Positions 47,632-63,206 of a stretch of DNA of 64,000 nt are shown piece after piece. Location of the stretch: NCBI GenBank assembly GCA_035499735.1, contig DATJYC010000001.1, forward strand, positions 46,016 to 110,015. Direction: 5' to 3'. The translations under genes and the position numbers were made by a program. Positions within the stretch are counted from its first letter, which is position 1, and every line of letters begins with the position of its first letter. A model generated the notes under the pieces. That model was not told the DNA's origin and ran no database searches. It saw only the letters and a list, made by a program, of their open reading frames with translations. The stretch comes from Burkholderiales bacterium. Its GTDB lineage: Bacteria > Pseudomonadota > Gammaproteobacteria > Burkholderiales > SG8-39.

Positions 47632-48485
47632 TTGTCCGCGCCGCGCTGCTGGCCCTGCACGTCGGCTTGCTGAGTGCGGGTCCTTCGATTGCCCAGGGTC
47701 CCTCTTCGAGAGGGGCGCAGCCTCTCATTCTCGCGGTCAACGAGGGCGCAGCGGGGAATGTCGACGCCACCGAGATCGCGTTGCGCTACGAAGGATTCAA
47801 GGCGACCCTCCAGAGGGCGCTGGGCGCACCCGTGTCGCTGGTCGCCGTGCGTGACGTCAAGGTGTTGCGAAGCTCGGTGCGCGCGCGCTCGTACTCCCTG
47901 ATCCTTTCCCGGCCGGTCGACGTACTGGCCGAGGCCATTCGCGACTTCGGGTACCAGCCCGTCGTCGTCGCGAAGGAGACGGGATACGCGTTCTTCATCG
48001 TCCCGAAGGATTCGCCTATCCGGTCGATCATGCAAGTCGACGGAAAGACCCTCGTCACGCCCGACCGGTATTCCTACATGTGGCGTATCGCCGCGGCGAT
48101 GCTGCGCGACAACCAGATCGCCATCGCCAAGCAGAACGTTCGCAGCATGCGCGACCAGGCGGCGATCGGATGGTCCGTTGAAAACGGATTTTTCGACGTC
48201 GGCGTGGTCGCTTCGTTCTCCGCGGTAGGACGTACCTGGGAGAAGAAAGGTGGGAGAGTAATAGCGCGCAGCCGCGATCTCGTGACCGTACCCCTTGTAG
48301 CTTCACCCAGGATCTCCACCGCGCAGATCGAAAGGCTCCGTGCGGTCCTGATCAAGATGGATTCGAACGAAGAAGGCGCGGCGATCCTGAAGCAGATCGG
48401 GGTAGGCGGCTTCCGAGAAACTTCGCCAGGGCCGTTTCTCGACCTGCTGGCGTGGCTGGGCGACCTCGAGGCCCCGAAGGAGTAG
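47628..48485 (+). CDS. PhnD/SsuA-like periplasmic substrate-binding protein
   Basis: Internal start MIVRAALLALHVGLLSAGPSIAQ (signal peptide), 285 aa. ATGA overlap with the upstream stop. LILAVNEG...YQPVVVAKE...FIVPKDSPI pattern is typical of phosphonate-type SBPs. Confidence 0.65.
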   Translation: MIVRAALLALHVGLLSAGPSIAQGPSSRGAQPLILAVNEGAAGNVDATEIALRYEGFKATLQRALGAPVSLVAVRDVKVLRSSVRARSYSLILSRPVDVLAEAIRDFGYQPVVVAKETGYAFFIVPKDSPIRSIMQVDGKTLVTPDRYSYMWRIAAAMLRDNQIAIAKQNVRSMRDQAAIGWSVENGFFDVGVVASFSAVGRTWEKKGGRVIARSRDLVTVPLVASPRISTAQIERLRAVLIKMDSNEEGAAILKQIGVGGFRETSPGPFLDLLAWLGDLEAPKE

Positions 48486-48490
48486 TCCGG

Positions 48491-54624
<6,134 letters not shown>

Positions 54625-54662
54625 GCATTATAATTTGCCGAGCCCACAATATCGGAGAGCCG

Positions 54663-56306
54663 GTGGCCCGCGAATCGATGCACTTCGACGTCGTCGTGGT
54701 CGGCGGAGGCCCCGCCGGGCTTGCCGCCGCCATACGCCTGAAGCAGCTCGCCGCCGAACGGAAGTCCGAAGTCGGGGTGTGCGTGATCGAGAAGGGCTCG
54801 GAGATCGGGGCCCACGTCCTCTCGGGGGCCGTCATGGATCCGCGCGCCTTGAGCGAGCTTCTTCCAGAATGGAAGGAGCGCGGCGCGCCCCTCAGCACGC
54901 CGGTCGTCGAGGATCGGTTTCTCTTTCTTGGGAAATCAGGCGCCTTCAGAGTCCCCGGCGCCTTTCTTCCCGCGTGCTTCCTCAACCACGGCAACTATGT
55001 GGTGAGCCTCGGCAACGTGTGCCGCTGGCTGGGAAAGCAGGCGGAGGCGCTCGGCGTCGAGATCTATCCGGGCTTTGCCGCGTCCGAAGTCCTCTACGAC
55101 GGCAAAGGCGCGGTGCGCGGCGTCGCGACGGGAGACATGGGAATCGGTCGCGACGGCAAACCCACCGATCAGTACCAGCCGGGGATCGAGTTGCTGGGGA
55201 AGTACACGTTGTTCGCCGAGGGTTGCCGCGGACACCTGGGCCGGCGGCTGATGGCGAGATTCCGCCTAGGCGCGGAGTGCGATCCGCAGGTTTACGGACT
55301 CGGGATCAAGGAGCTCTGGGAGATCGAAGCGGGCAGGCATCAGCCGGGCCTTGTCATCCACTCCGCGGGCTGGCCGCTCGAACCCGGCACGTACGGCGGC
55401 TCCTTTCTGTACCACATGGAAGACCGCCTGGTGGCGGTCGGCTTCATCGTCGGACTGGCGTACGCCAACCCCTATCTGAGCCCTTACGAGGAATTCCAGC
55501 GGTACAAGACCCATCCCTACGTCCGCCGCTTCCTCGAGGGAGGCAAGCGCCTCGCCTACGGTGCCCGCGCGATCGCAGCGGGCGGCATCATGTCGCTTCC
55601 CCGCCTCGTCTTCCCCGGCGGCGCGCTCGTCGGCGACGAGGCGGGTTTCCTCAATGCGGCGCGCATCAAGGGCAGCCATGCGGCCATCAAGTCGGGAATG
55701 CTCGCGGCCGAGGCGGCCTTCGCGGCGCTCGGAGCGGGCCGCTCGGGTGACGAGCTCGCCGCCTATCCGGATGCATTCCGGGAATCCTGGCTCTTCGACG
55801 AACTTTACCGCGCGCGCAACTTCAAGCAGTGGATGTCGAAGGGCCTCTACGCGGGCACCATGATGGTCGGCGTTGAGCAGTATCTCCTCGGAGGGAAGTT
55901 TCCCTGGACCCTTCACCATCGGCACGCCGACCACGAGTGCCTGCGGCCCGCGGCCGAGTCCCGAGCGATCGACTATCCAAAGCCCGACGGCAGGCTCACC
56001 TTCGATCGCCTGTCTTCGGTGTTCATCTCAAACACCAATCACGAGGAGAACCAGCCTGTTCACCTCACGCTGAAGGACGCGTCGCTCCCGGTCAACCTCA
56101 ACCTCGCGAAATACGCCGGCCCGGAGAGCCGTTACTGCCCCGCGGGCGTCTATGAATTCGTGAAGGCAGCGGATGGCTCCGATCGCTTGCAGATCAACGC
56201 GCAGAACTGCGTGCACTGCAAGACCTGCGACATCAAGGATCCGGGCCAGAACATCGTCTGGGTCGCTCCGCAAGGCGGCGGAGGGCCGAATTACCCGAAC
56301 ATGTGA
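54663..56306 (+). CDS. electron-transfer flavoprotein:ubiquinone oxidoreductase
   Basis: 547 aa. FDVVVVGGGPAGL FAD motif and a C-terminal 4Fe-4S motif CPAGVYEF...NCVHCKTCDIKDP. Confidence 0.95.
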   Translation: MARESMHFDVVVVGGGPAGLAAAIRLKQLAAERKSEVGVCVIEKGSEIGAHVLSGAVMDPRALSELLPEWKERGAPLSTPVVEDRFLFLGKSGAFRVPGAFLPACFLNHGNYVVSLGNVCRWLGKQAEALGVEIYPGFAASEVLYDGKGAVRGVATGDMGIGRDGKPTDQYQPGIELLGKYTLFAEGCRGHLGRRLMARFRLGAECDPQVYGLGIKELWEIEAGRHQPGLVIHSAGWPLEPGTYGGSFLYHMEDRLVAVGFIVGLAYANPYLSPYEEFQRYKTHPYVRRFLEGGKRLAYGARAIAAGGIMSLPRLVFPGGALVGDEAGFLNAARIKGSHAAIKSGMLAAEAAFAALGAGRSGDELAAYPDAFRESWLFDELYRARNFKQWMSKGLYAGTMMVGVEQYLLGGKFPWTLHHRHADHECLRPAAESRAIDYPKPDGRLTFDRLSSVFISNTNHEENQPVHLTLKDASLPVNLNLAKYAGPESRYCPAGVYEFVKAADGSDRLQINAQNCVHCKTCDIKDPGQNIVWVAPQGGGGPNYPNM

Positions 56307-56377
56307 AGGCGGGTGACGTGTCCCGGCCCGGAAAGATCTCATTCTAGCGATCTGAAAACAATGGAATCTGCGCAGAC

Positions 56378-56389
56378 ACGAACGTTCGT
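56378..56389. promoter_or_regulatory. perfect 12-bp palindrome ACGAACGTTCGT, candidate TetR operator
   Basis: Lies 15 nt upstream of the TetR GTG and is immediately followed by, and overlaps, a TATTAT -10-like hexamer (56389-56394). Confidence 0.4.
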
Positions 56390-56403
56390 ATTATGATCGC
56401 CAA

Positions 56404-57003
56404 GTGGGTAAAGGCGAGCAGACCCGGACCCTGATCCTCGACGAGGCGGTCAGCCTCGCCAGCCGGGTCGGGCTCGAAGGCCTGACCATAGGCGCGCTAG
56501 CCCGCAGGCTCGATCTCTCGAAGAGCGGACTCTTCGCCCACTTCGGCTCCAAAGAAGATCTCCAGCTCCTCGCGCTCAAGCGCGCACAGGCACTCTTCCA
56601 GGATCGCGTGTTCTCGGGCACGCCCGAGCAAGCGCGCGGGCTGACGCGCTTGCGCGCCCTGCTCTCCAATTGGCTCGTGTCGATCGAGGCGGACGATCCC
56701 GGCGGCGCGAGCCTGATCCTTTCCGCCTCGGCCGAATACGACGATCGTCCGGGCCCCATCCGCGACTTGCTCGCCGCCGGGCAGCGCGAGCTGCGCGGCG
56801 CTGTCGCCAAGGCGATTCGCCTCGCCGTCGACGAGGGCCACCTCGATGCTCAGACCGACCCTTGGCAGCTGACCTTCGAGCTCTTCGGAATCGTGCTTGC
56901 CGCCCATCATGACCGCCGGCTGCTTCAGGACACCCGCTCGGCCGCACGAGCACACACCGCGATCGAGCGCCTGATCCAGGCTCATCGCCCATCGGCCGAC
57001 TAG
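56404..57003 (+). CDS. TetR/AcrR-family transcriptional regulator
   Basis: 199 aa. N-terminal HTH ...GLEGLTIGALARRLDLSKSGLFAHFGSKEDLQ. Confidence 0.85.
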   Translation: MGKGEQTRTLILDEAVSLASRVGLEGLTIGALARRLDLSKSGLFAHFGSKEDLQLLALKRAQALFQDRVFSGTPEQARGLTRLRALLSNWLVSIEADDPGGASLILSASAEYDDRPGPIRDLLAAGQRELRGAVAKAIRLAVDEGHLDAQTDPWQLTFELFGIVLAAHHDRRLLQDTRSAARAHTAIERLIQAHRPSAD

Positions 57004-57017
57004 ACAGCCGGCCCGGT

Positions 57018-57620
57018 TCAGCCGTGCGGCGGCGTGGCCGGCACCTCCTTCCACCCCTCCTTGCATTCGGATACGTACGGGTAGTAGGTCTTGGACGACT
57101 CGCAGTAGTACCAGACCGCGCTTCCCCCCGGCGGTGCGGTTGCCGGTGCCGCGGCCTGGGCTGGAGCCTCGCCCTGCTCCACGTATCCCGCCGGCGGCGC
57201 CACGACCGCGTAGCCTCCGCTGGCCTGCTCGTAAAACACGTCGTTCGCGTAGTAGTAAGGCGCAGTGCCTACCCAGACTATCGTGTAGGAAGGCGGCAGC
57301 ACGGGAACGACGATACCGATCGGCGGCCTGACCACGACGAAACCCGGTCCGTTCGGACGGTACCACACCCCCGCCTGGAAAAAGAACGGCGCGCCGCGAA
57401 ATGTGACCGCGACCCGGCTCGAAGGCAGCGCCCTCACGGAGTAGCCGATCTGCGGGTAATAATGATCGTGGTGGAAGCGATTGTCGTACGTCCAGTGCGG
57501 TGTGCTGAAGTGCTCGCGCCTGACTTCGTGGCGGGCTTGCGCATGGGCCATGGAGGCCAGACACAGCACACCGAGGACGACGGCCCCCAGACGGACGGAC
57601 AGCGGCAGCGTCTTGTTCAT
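57018..57620 (-). CDS. secreted Tyr/Pro-rich hypothetical protein with C-terminal two-Cys motif
   Basis: Internal start [27 protein letters not shown] (signal peptide), 200 aa. YYYANDVFY repeat-like core and a C-terminal [24 protein letters not shown]. The rest of the 716-aa ORF is a spurious upstream extension. Confidence 0.6.
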   Translation of the reverse strand: MNKTLPLSVRLGAVVLGVLCLASMAHAQARHEVRREHFSTPHWTYDNRFHHDHYYPQIGYSVRALPSSRVAVTFRGAPFFFQAGVWYRPNGPGFVVVRPPIGIVVPVLPPSYTIVWVGTAPYYYANDVFYEQASGGYAVVAPPAGYVEQGEAPAQAAAPATAPPGGSAVWYYCESSKTYYPYVSECKEGWKEVPATPPHG

Positions 57621-57730
57621 CGTGAACCCCTGGCTAGGACACCATAGGATGGTGCCGGGGTTAGACCGCAAGATCCGTGAAAAATTGTATCGATCGGTAA
57701 CGCGATATTGCGAGGCGGTTGCCGTCCCGC

Positions 57731-59512
57731 TCAGAATTGCTCCTCGGCCAGCGCCATCACCGCGGCGGCACCGTGAACCACGGTGTTGCGGAGCGCCGGT
57801 GCCTGTGTGAGCACGTGGTCGGCGTAAAACCGCGCGGTCTTGATCTTCGCTTCGTAGAAGGACTTGTCGCCCTTGCCCTCCGAGAGGCGCTGCTGCGCGA
57901 CGAGCGCCGAGCGCGCGAGCTGCCACCCGCCGCAGACGATTCCCATGAGCTTGAGAAAGGGCACCGCACCCGCGTGCGCTGCACGGATGTCGTTGCCGTA
58001 GGTGATCACCATCCACGACACGCATTCCTCGGCGGCGGTCAGCGCCGCCGAGAAGGCCTCGCGGGTCGCCGCCAGGTCTTCCCCGGGCGCCCTCCCGAGC
58101 TCGGCTTCGACCTCGCGCATCACCTTGATGACCTCTTTCGCGGTCGCGCCGCCCTCGCGGGCGATCTTGCGGCCGATCAGGTCGTTCGCCTGGATTCCGG
58201 TCGTGCCCTCGTAGATGGTCGTGATCCTCGCGTCGCGCAGATGCTGCGCGGCGCCGGTCTCCTCTATGAACCCCATGCCGCCGTGCACCTGGATCCCGGT
58301 AGACGCAATCTCGATCCCGGTCTCGGTAAACCAGCCCTTCACGATCGGGATCATCAGGTCGACGAAGGCCTGGCTGCGGGCGCGCTCGGCCTTGTCGGGG
58401 TGCCTCAGCGACCGGTCCACGGCCGCCGCGACAACGTAGGCGAGCGCGCGCATCGCCTCGACCTGCGATTTCATGCTCATCAGCATACGTCGGACGTCCG
58501 GGTGGTGGATGATGGTCACGGGCTTGCCGCCGCCCGCCACGTCGCGGCTCTGAACTCTTTCCTTGGCGTATGCCAGCGCCTGCTGGTACGCGCGCTCCGA
58601 AATCGACAGGCCCTCCATGCCGACCGCGAAGCGCGCAAGATTCATCATGATGAACATGTACTCCAGGCCGCGGTTCTCCTCGCCCACGAGGTAGCCGACC
58701 GCGTTCTCGTATACGAGCACTGCGGTCGGACTCGCGTGGATGCCGAGCTTGTGCTCGATCGAGGCGCATTGCACGCCGTTCCTCTCCCCGATCGAGCCGT
58801 CCGGGTTCGGCAGAAACTTCGGCACGAGAAGCATCGAAATGCCCTTCACGCCCTCGGGCGCGCCCTCGACCCTCGCGAGCACGAGGTGCACGATGTTCTC
58901 GGTCAGATCGTGCTCGCCGTAGGTGATGAAGATCTTCTGCCCCGAGACGCGGTAGTAGTCTCCCTCGCGCACCGCCTTGGTCCGCACCAGCGCGAGGTCC
59001 GTCCCGGCCTGCGGCTCGGTGAGGTTCATCGTCCCGGACCAAGTGCCCTTGATCATCCTGGGCAGGTACTGCTTCTTCTGCGCTTCGGAGCCGCGCAGGA
59101 TCAGCGCCTCGGCGGCGCCCGCGGTGAGCATGGTCACCAGGGAGAAGGAAAGATTGGCCGACTTCCACATCTCGACGACCGGAGTCGAAACGATCTTCGG
59201 CAGCCCCTGCCCGCCGTACTCGGCCGGCGCCTGCAGCGAGTTCCAGCCGCCCTCGATGAACTGCCTGTACGCTTCCTTGAAACCCTTGGGCGTGGTGACC
59301 CTGCCCTTGTCCCAGTGGGAGCCTTCCTCGTCGGCAGGCCGATTGAGAGGCGAAAGCACGCCTGTCGCGAACTTCGCGCTCTCGTCGAGAATCTGGTCGA
59401 CGAGCTCCGCGTTGACTTCCTCGCAGCCGGGAAGGCGCGCGACTTCGGCGAGCCCGGCCAGCTCGTTCAGTACGAAGTGCATGTCGCGCAGCGGCGCCTT
59501 GTATTCGCTCAT
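57731..59512 (-). CDS. long-form acyl-CoA dehydrogenase (about 590 aa, with C-terminal extension domain)
   Basis: 593 aa. N-terminal ...[15 protein letters not shown]..., ACAD core (GMGFIEETG...[13 protein letters not shown]). Confidence 0.9.
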   Translation of the reverse strand: MSEYKAPLRDMHFVLNELAGLAEVARLPGCEEVNAELVDQILDESAKFATGVLSPLNRPADEEGSHWDKGRVTTPKGFKEAYRQFIEGGWNSLQAPAEYGGQGLPKIVSTPVVEMWKSANLSFSLVTMLTAGAAEALILRGSEAQKKQYLPRMIKGTWSGTMNLTEPQAGTDLALVRTKAVREGDYYRVSGQKIFITYGEHDLTENIVHLVLARVEGAPEGVKGISMLLVPKFLPNPDGSIGERNGVQCASIEHKLGIHASPTAVLVYENAVGYLVGEENRGLEYMFIMMNLARFAVGMEGLSISERAYQQALAYAKERVQSRDVAGGGKPVTIIHHPDVRRMLMSMKSQVEAMRALAYVVAAAVDRSLRHPDKAERARSQAFVDLMIPIVKGWFTETGIEIASTGIQVHGGMGFIEETGAAQHLRDARITTIYEGTTGIQANDLIGRKIAREGGATAKEVIKVMREVEAELGRAPGEDLAATREAFSAALTAAEECVSWMVITYGNDIRAAHAGAVPFLKLMGIVCGGWQLARSALVAQQRLSEGKGDKSFYEAKIKTARFYADHVLTQAPALRNTVVHGAAAVMALAEEQF

Positions 59513-59527
59513 GAATGCCTCCGAATC

Positions 59528-60460
59528 CTACCCCAGCTCCTTGACCAGTTCCGGAACGACCTGGAACAGATCTCCGACCACGCCGTAGTCCGCGACCTGG
59601 AAGATGGGCGCTTCCTCGTCCTTGTTGATCGCCACGATGACCCGGCTGTCCTTCATGCCCGCGAGGTGCTGGATCGCCCCCGAGATCCCGACCGCGATGT
59701 ACAGGTCGGGCGCAACGATCTTCCCGGTCTGCCCGACCTGCCAGTCATTCGGGACGAATCCCGCGTCCACCGCCGCCCGCGAGGCCCCCATCGCCGCGTG
59801 CAGCTTGTCGGCGAGCGGCTCGAGCAGCTTGAAATTCTCGCCCGATCCCATGCCCCGCCCGCCCGAGACGATGACGCGCGCGGAGGTCAGCTCGGGACGC
59901 TCCGACTTCGTCAGGGCGCGCCCGACCAGCGACGACAGCCCGCTGTCCGCGAGCGCCGCCGAATTCTCCGCCGGAGCGGAGCCCCCGCTCGCCGCGACCG
60001 CGTCGAATCCGGTCGTCCGCACGGTGATGACCTTGATCCTGTCCAGCGACTGCACCGTGGCGAGCGCATTGCCTGCGTAGATCGGCCGGACGAAGGTGTC
60101 GGGGCTCTTGACGTCGACGATGTCCGAGATCTGCGCGACATCGAGCAGCGCGGCGATCCGCGGCGCAACGTTCTTTCCGAAGGAGGTCGCAGGCGCCAGA
60201 ATGTGCGTGTAAGCGCCGGACAGCCCGGCGACGAGCGCGGCGAGATTCTCGGCGAGCTGGTCCTTGTAGTGCTCGGCGTCGACGAGGAGCACCCTCTTCA
60301 CGCCCGCCACCGCTCCCGCCGCTTTCGCGACGGCCGCGCAACCCGACCCCGCTACCAGGATCGCAACCTCGCCGCCTATCCTCGCGGCGGCGGCAACGGT
60401 GTTCAGCGTCGACGGCCGGAGTGTCGCGTTGTCGTGCTCGGCGATGACGAGGACGCTCAC
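59528..60460 (-). CDS. etfA: electron transfer flavoprotein subunit alpha
   Basis: 310 aa. [11 protein letters not shown]... and C-terminal FAD motif ...[28 protein letters not shown]. Confidence 0.95.
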   Translation of the reverse strand: MSVLVIAEHDNATLRPSTLNTVAAAARIGGEVAILVAGSGCAAVAKAAGAVAGVKRVLLVDAEHYKDQLAENLAALVAGLSGAYTHILAPATSFGKNVAPRIAALLDVAQISDIVDVKSPDTFVRPIYAGNALATVQSLDRIKVITVRTTGFDAVAASGGSAPAENSAALADSGLSSLVGRALTKSERPELTSARVIVSGGRGMGSGENFKLLEPLADKLHAAMGASRAAVDAGFVPNDWQVGQTGKIVAPDLYIAVGISGAIQHLAGMKDSRVIVAINKDEEAPIFQVADYGVVGDLFQVVPELVKELG

Positions 60461-61209
60461 GCGATCACCTTCGCCTCGCCCCTCAGCTTCTGCACCAGGG
60501 ACTTGGCATCGGGCACCTTGACGCCCGCCTTGCGCTTGGGCGGCTCCTCGACCTTGAGCGTCTTCAGACGCGACGCCACGTCGACGCCCAGGGCGTCGGG
60601 CTTGAGGACCTCGAGGGGCTTCTTCTTCGCTTTCATGATGTTGGGCAGCGTGACGTAGCGCGGTTCGTTCAGCCGCAGGTCGGTCGTCATGACCGCGGGC
60701 AGCTTCACCTCAATCGTCTCAAGGCCCCCGTCCACCTCGCGGGTCACTTCGGCCTTGTCGCCCGCGATCTTCAGCTTCGAGGCGAAGGTCGCCTGCGGCC
60801 ACCCCAGCAGCGCGGCGAGCATCTGCCCGGTCTGGTTGCAGTCGTCGTCGATCGCCTGCTTGCCGAGAATGACGAGGCTCGGGCTCTCCTTCTGCGCGAT
60901 CGCGCGCAGCAGCTTGGCCACGGCGAGCGGCTGCAGCTCGGCCTCGGTCTCGACGAGCACGGCCCGGTCGGCGCCGAGGGCGAGCGCGGTGCGCAGGGTC
61001 TCCTGGCAGGCTTGGACGCCGCAGGACACGGCGACGATCTCCGTGGCGGTGCCGGCTTCCTTCAGCCGCACCGCCTCCTCCACCGCGATCTCGTCGAAAG
61101 GATTCATCGACATTTTTACATTCGCCGTCTCGACGCCGGAGCCGTCGGCCCTCACGCGCACCTTGACGTTGAAATCCACCACGCGCTTGACCGCTACCAG
61201 GATTTTCAT
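60457..61209 (-). CDS. etfB: electron transfer flavoprotein subunit beta
   Basis: Internal start [19 protein letters not shown]...[17 protein letters not shown] (250 aa). 4-nt overlap with etfA. Confidence 0.95.
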   Translation of the reverse strand: MKILVAVKRVVDFNVKVRVRADGSGVETANVKMSMNPFDEIAVEEAVRLKEAGTATEIVAVSCGVQACQETLRTALALGADRAVLVETEAELQPLAVAKLLRAIAQKESPSLVILGKQAIDDDCNQTGQMLAALLGWPQATFASKLKIAGDKAEVTREVDGGLETIEVKLPAVMTTDLRLNEPRYVTLPNIMKAKKKPLEVLKPDALGVDVASRLKTLKVEEPPKRKAGVKVPDAKSLVQKLRGEAKVIA

Positions 61210-61267
61210 TGAAGTCGTCTTGGAGAAAACGACACGGATTATAATCGCCCCGTCCTGAATCGTCCCC

Positions 61268-62497
61268 ATGGCGCGTCCCCTATCTCACATCCGTGTGCTC
61301 GATCTGACTCGCGTGCTCGCCGGCCCCTGGGCGTCGCAGAACCTCGCCGACCTCGGCGCCGAGGTGATCAAGATCGAGCGTCCCGGGTCGGGCGACGACA
61401 CGCGCAGCTGGGGTCCGCCTTTCCTGAGGGACAAGGAGGGGAAGGAGACCGGCGAATCGGCCTACTTCCTCTCGGTGAACCGCGGCAAGAAATCGGTGAC
61501 GCTGGACATCTCCACGGCCGAGGGCGCGCAGATCGCGCGCGACCTCGCCGCGAAGTCCGACGTGCTGCTCGAGAACTACAAGGTCGGCGGCCTCGCGAAA
61601 TACCGGCTCGGCTACGACGACGTGCGGGCGACCAACCCCGGCATCGTGTACTGCTCGGTCACGGGGTACGGGCAGAGCGGCCCCTGCGCGCACCTTCCGG
61701 GGTACGACTTCATCTTCCAGGGCATGGGCGGCCTGATGAGCATCACGGGCGAGCGCGACGAGCTGCCGGGGGGCGGACCGCAGAAAGTCGGCATCGCGAT
61801 CACTGACGTGATGGCCGGCATGTACGCGAGCCTCGCGATCACGGCCGCGCTGCTGCACCGGGAGCGCACCGGCAAGGGCCAGTATATCGACATGGCGCTC
61901 CTCGACACGATAGTCGCGTTCGGCGCCAACCAGATCTCCAACTACTTTCATTCTGGGAAGATTCCGGTGCGCTGGGGCAACGCGCACCCGAACCTCCTTC
62001 CCTACGAGGTGTTTCCCACCGCCGACGGGCACCTCATCCTCGGCGCGGGCAACGACAGCCAGTGGGCGAGCCTGTGCGCGGCCGCGGAGCACCCGGAGCT
62101 CGCGTCCGATCCGCGCTTCAGGACGATGCCGGACCGCATCCGCAACCGCGGGGCGTTGATCCCCCTCCTTCAGGAAATCATCCGGCAGCGCACCAGCCGG
62201 GACTGGATCGCGCGGTTCGACGCCGCCAACGTGCCCTGCGGGCCGATCAACAACTACAAGGAAGTCTTCGAGAACCCGCAGGTGCAACACCGCCGGTTGA
62301 AGATCGAGCAGCCGCACCCCCTGTCGGGCACCCTCGCCGGCGTGGCCAGCCCGATGCGCTTCTCCGAGACGCCCGTCGAGTACGGCATGCCCCCGCCCCT
62401 CCTCGGCCAGCACACGCGAGAGGTGCTCTCGGGCGTGCTGGGCATGAGCGAGGCGGAGATGGACCGCCTCGCCGCGCGGAAGATCACCAGTCCTTGA
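61268..62497 (+). CDS. CaiB/BaiF-family (class III) CoA-transferase
   Basis: 409 aa. [39 protein letters not shown] signature. Confidence 0.9.
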   Translation: MARPLSHIRVLDLTRVLAGPWASQNLADLGAEVIKIERPGSGDDTRSWGPPFLRDKEGKETGESAYFLSVNRGKKSVTLDISTAEGAQIARDLAAKSDVLLENYKVGGLAKYRLGYDDVRATNPGIVYCSVTGYGQSGPCAHLPGYDFIFQGMGGLMSITGERDELPGGGPQKVGIAITDVMAGMYASLAITAALLHRERTGKGQYIDMALLDTIVAFGANQISNYFHSGKIPVRWGNAHPNLLPYEVFPTADGHLILGAGNDSQWASLCAAAEHPELASDPRFRTMPDRIRNRGALIPLLQEIIRQRTSRDWIARFDAANVPCGPINNYKEVFENPQVQHRRLKIEQPHPLSGTLAGVASPMRFSETPVEYGMPPPLLGQHTREVLSGVLGMSEAEMDRLAARKITSP

Positions 62498-63191
62498 ACG
62501 AGTACCCCACCGAGAGCACGATCGCGCTCGGGTTGAAGTTGATCGTCGTGGTGCGAACGATGCCGGCGGTCGTCAAAGTGGCATCGCTCTTGACCTTGGC
62601 GTAGTTGTACGAGGCGTAGGCGTGCCACGGCCCGTCGATGTGCCAGGCGACGCCTACATTCACCGCCGGGCCGAACGAGTTCGTCAGCTTCAGCGTGGTC
62701 GGGCCGCCCGTCGCCGCGTTGCCCGCGTCCGTCGGCTGGATGTCGTAGAAGTGCGTGAAGTTGACGCCTACCCCGACGTAGGGACGCCAGGCCGAGGATT
62801 CCTCCAGAAACTTGTACTGGAGAAGCAACGAGGGCGAGAACCACTTCGCCGTGGCGAGCACCTGCCCATCGTAGGGCGCCGACCCCAGCGTCGCCGGTCC
62901 CTTTCCGACCGTCTCCGTCTTCGGCGGATTGCCGAACGCCAGCTCGACATCCCAGTCCTTGTTGATGCGGCGGGCGTACGCAAGGTACAGCGTGTTCGTA
63001 TCGTTCACGTCGAGGTTCGTGCCCGGCGGCACGAAGGGACCCTGGATGTCGTCCGCCTTGACGTTGTACTTGATGATGTAGATGCCTGCCCGCAGCGAGT
63101 TGTCGTACGTCTGCGTCTGAGCGGACGCGTAGCCTGCCCAGAATCCCAGCGCGATGGCGGCGAGGATCGTGATCGGCGTCGTTTTTTTCAT
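62484..63191 (-). CDS. ompW: OmpW-family outer-membrane protein
   Basis: 235 aa. Signal peptide ...GYASA, alternating beta-strand pattern, and a C-terminal ...[11 protein letters not shown]. Confidence 0.85.
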   Translation of the reverse strand: MKKTTPITILAAIALGFWAGYASAQTQTYDNSLRAGIYIIKYNVKADDIQGPFVPPGTNLDVNDTNTLYLAYARRINKDWDVELAFGNPPKTETVGKGPATLGSAPYDGQVLATAKWFSPSLLLQYKFLEESSAWRPYVGVGVNFTHFYDIQPTDAGNAATGGPTTLKLTNSFGPAVNVGVAWHIDGPWHAYASYNYAKVKSDATLTTAGIVRTTTINFNPSAIVLSVGYSFKDW

Positions 63192-63206
63192 GTTGGGATC
63201 CTCCGC

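Noticed and set aside
35310-48490. Possibility of a tRNA-Asn-integrated mobile genomic island
   Set aside because: No integrase, recombinase, transposase, phage or conjugation genes are present. I found no direct repeat of the tRNA 3' end at the far boundary. It is retained only as an accessory segment hypothesis, not as a mobile element.
56361-56367. A third ATGGAAT heptamer upstream of the TetR gene
   Set aside because: It is a single copy with no partner repeat, and it is not positioned sensibly relative to the -10. My rough expectation for this AT-rich 7-mer on both strands of 64 kb is about 1-2 chance hits. I do not count it as part of the rpf-promoter motif.
57719-60658. 979-aa plus-strand ORF, the longest in the track
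   Set aside because: It is entirely antisense to the acyl-CoA dehydrogenase and etfA, both of which have unmistakable family motifs. Its translation is Arg/Gly/Asp/Pro/Leu low complexity. This is the typical long antisense ORF of a high-GC genome, where GC-rich third positions suppress stop codons on the opposite strand.
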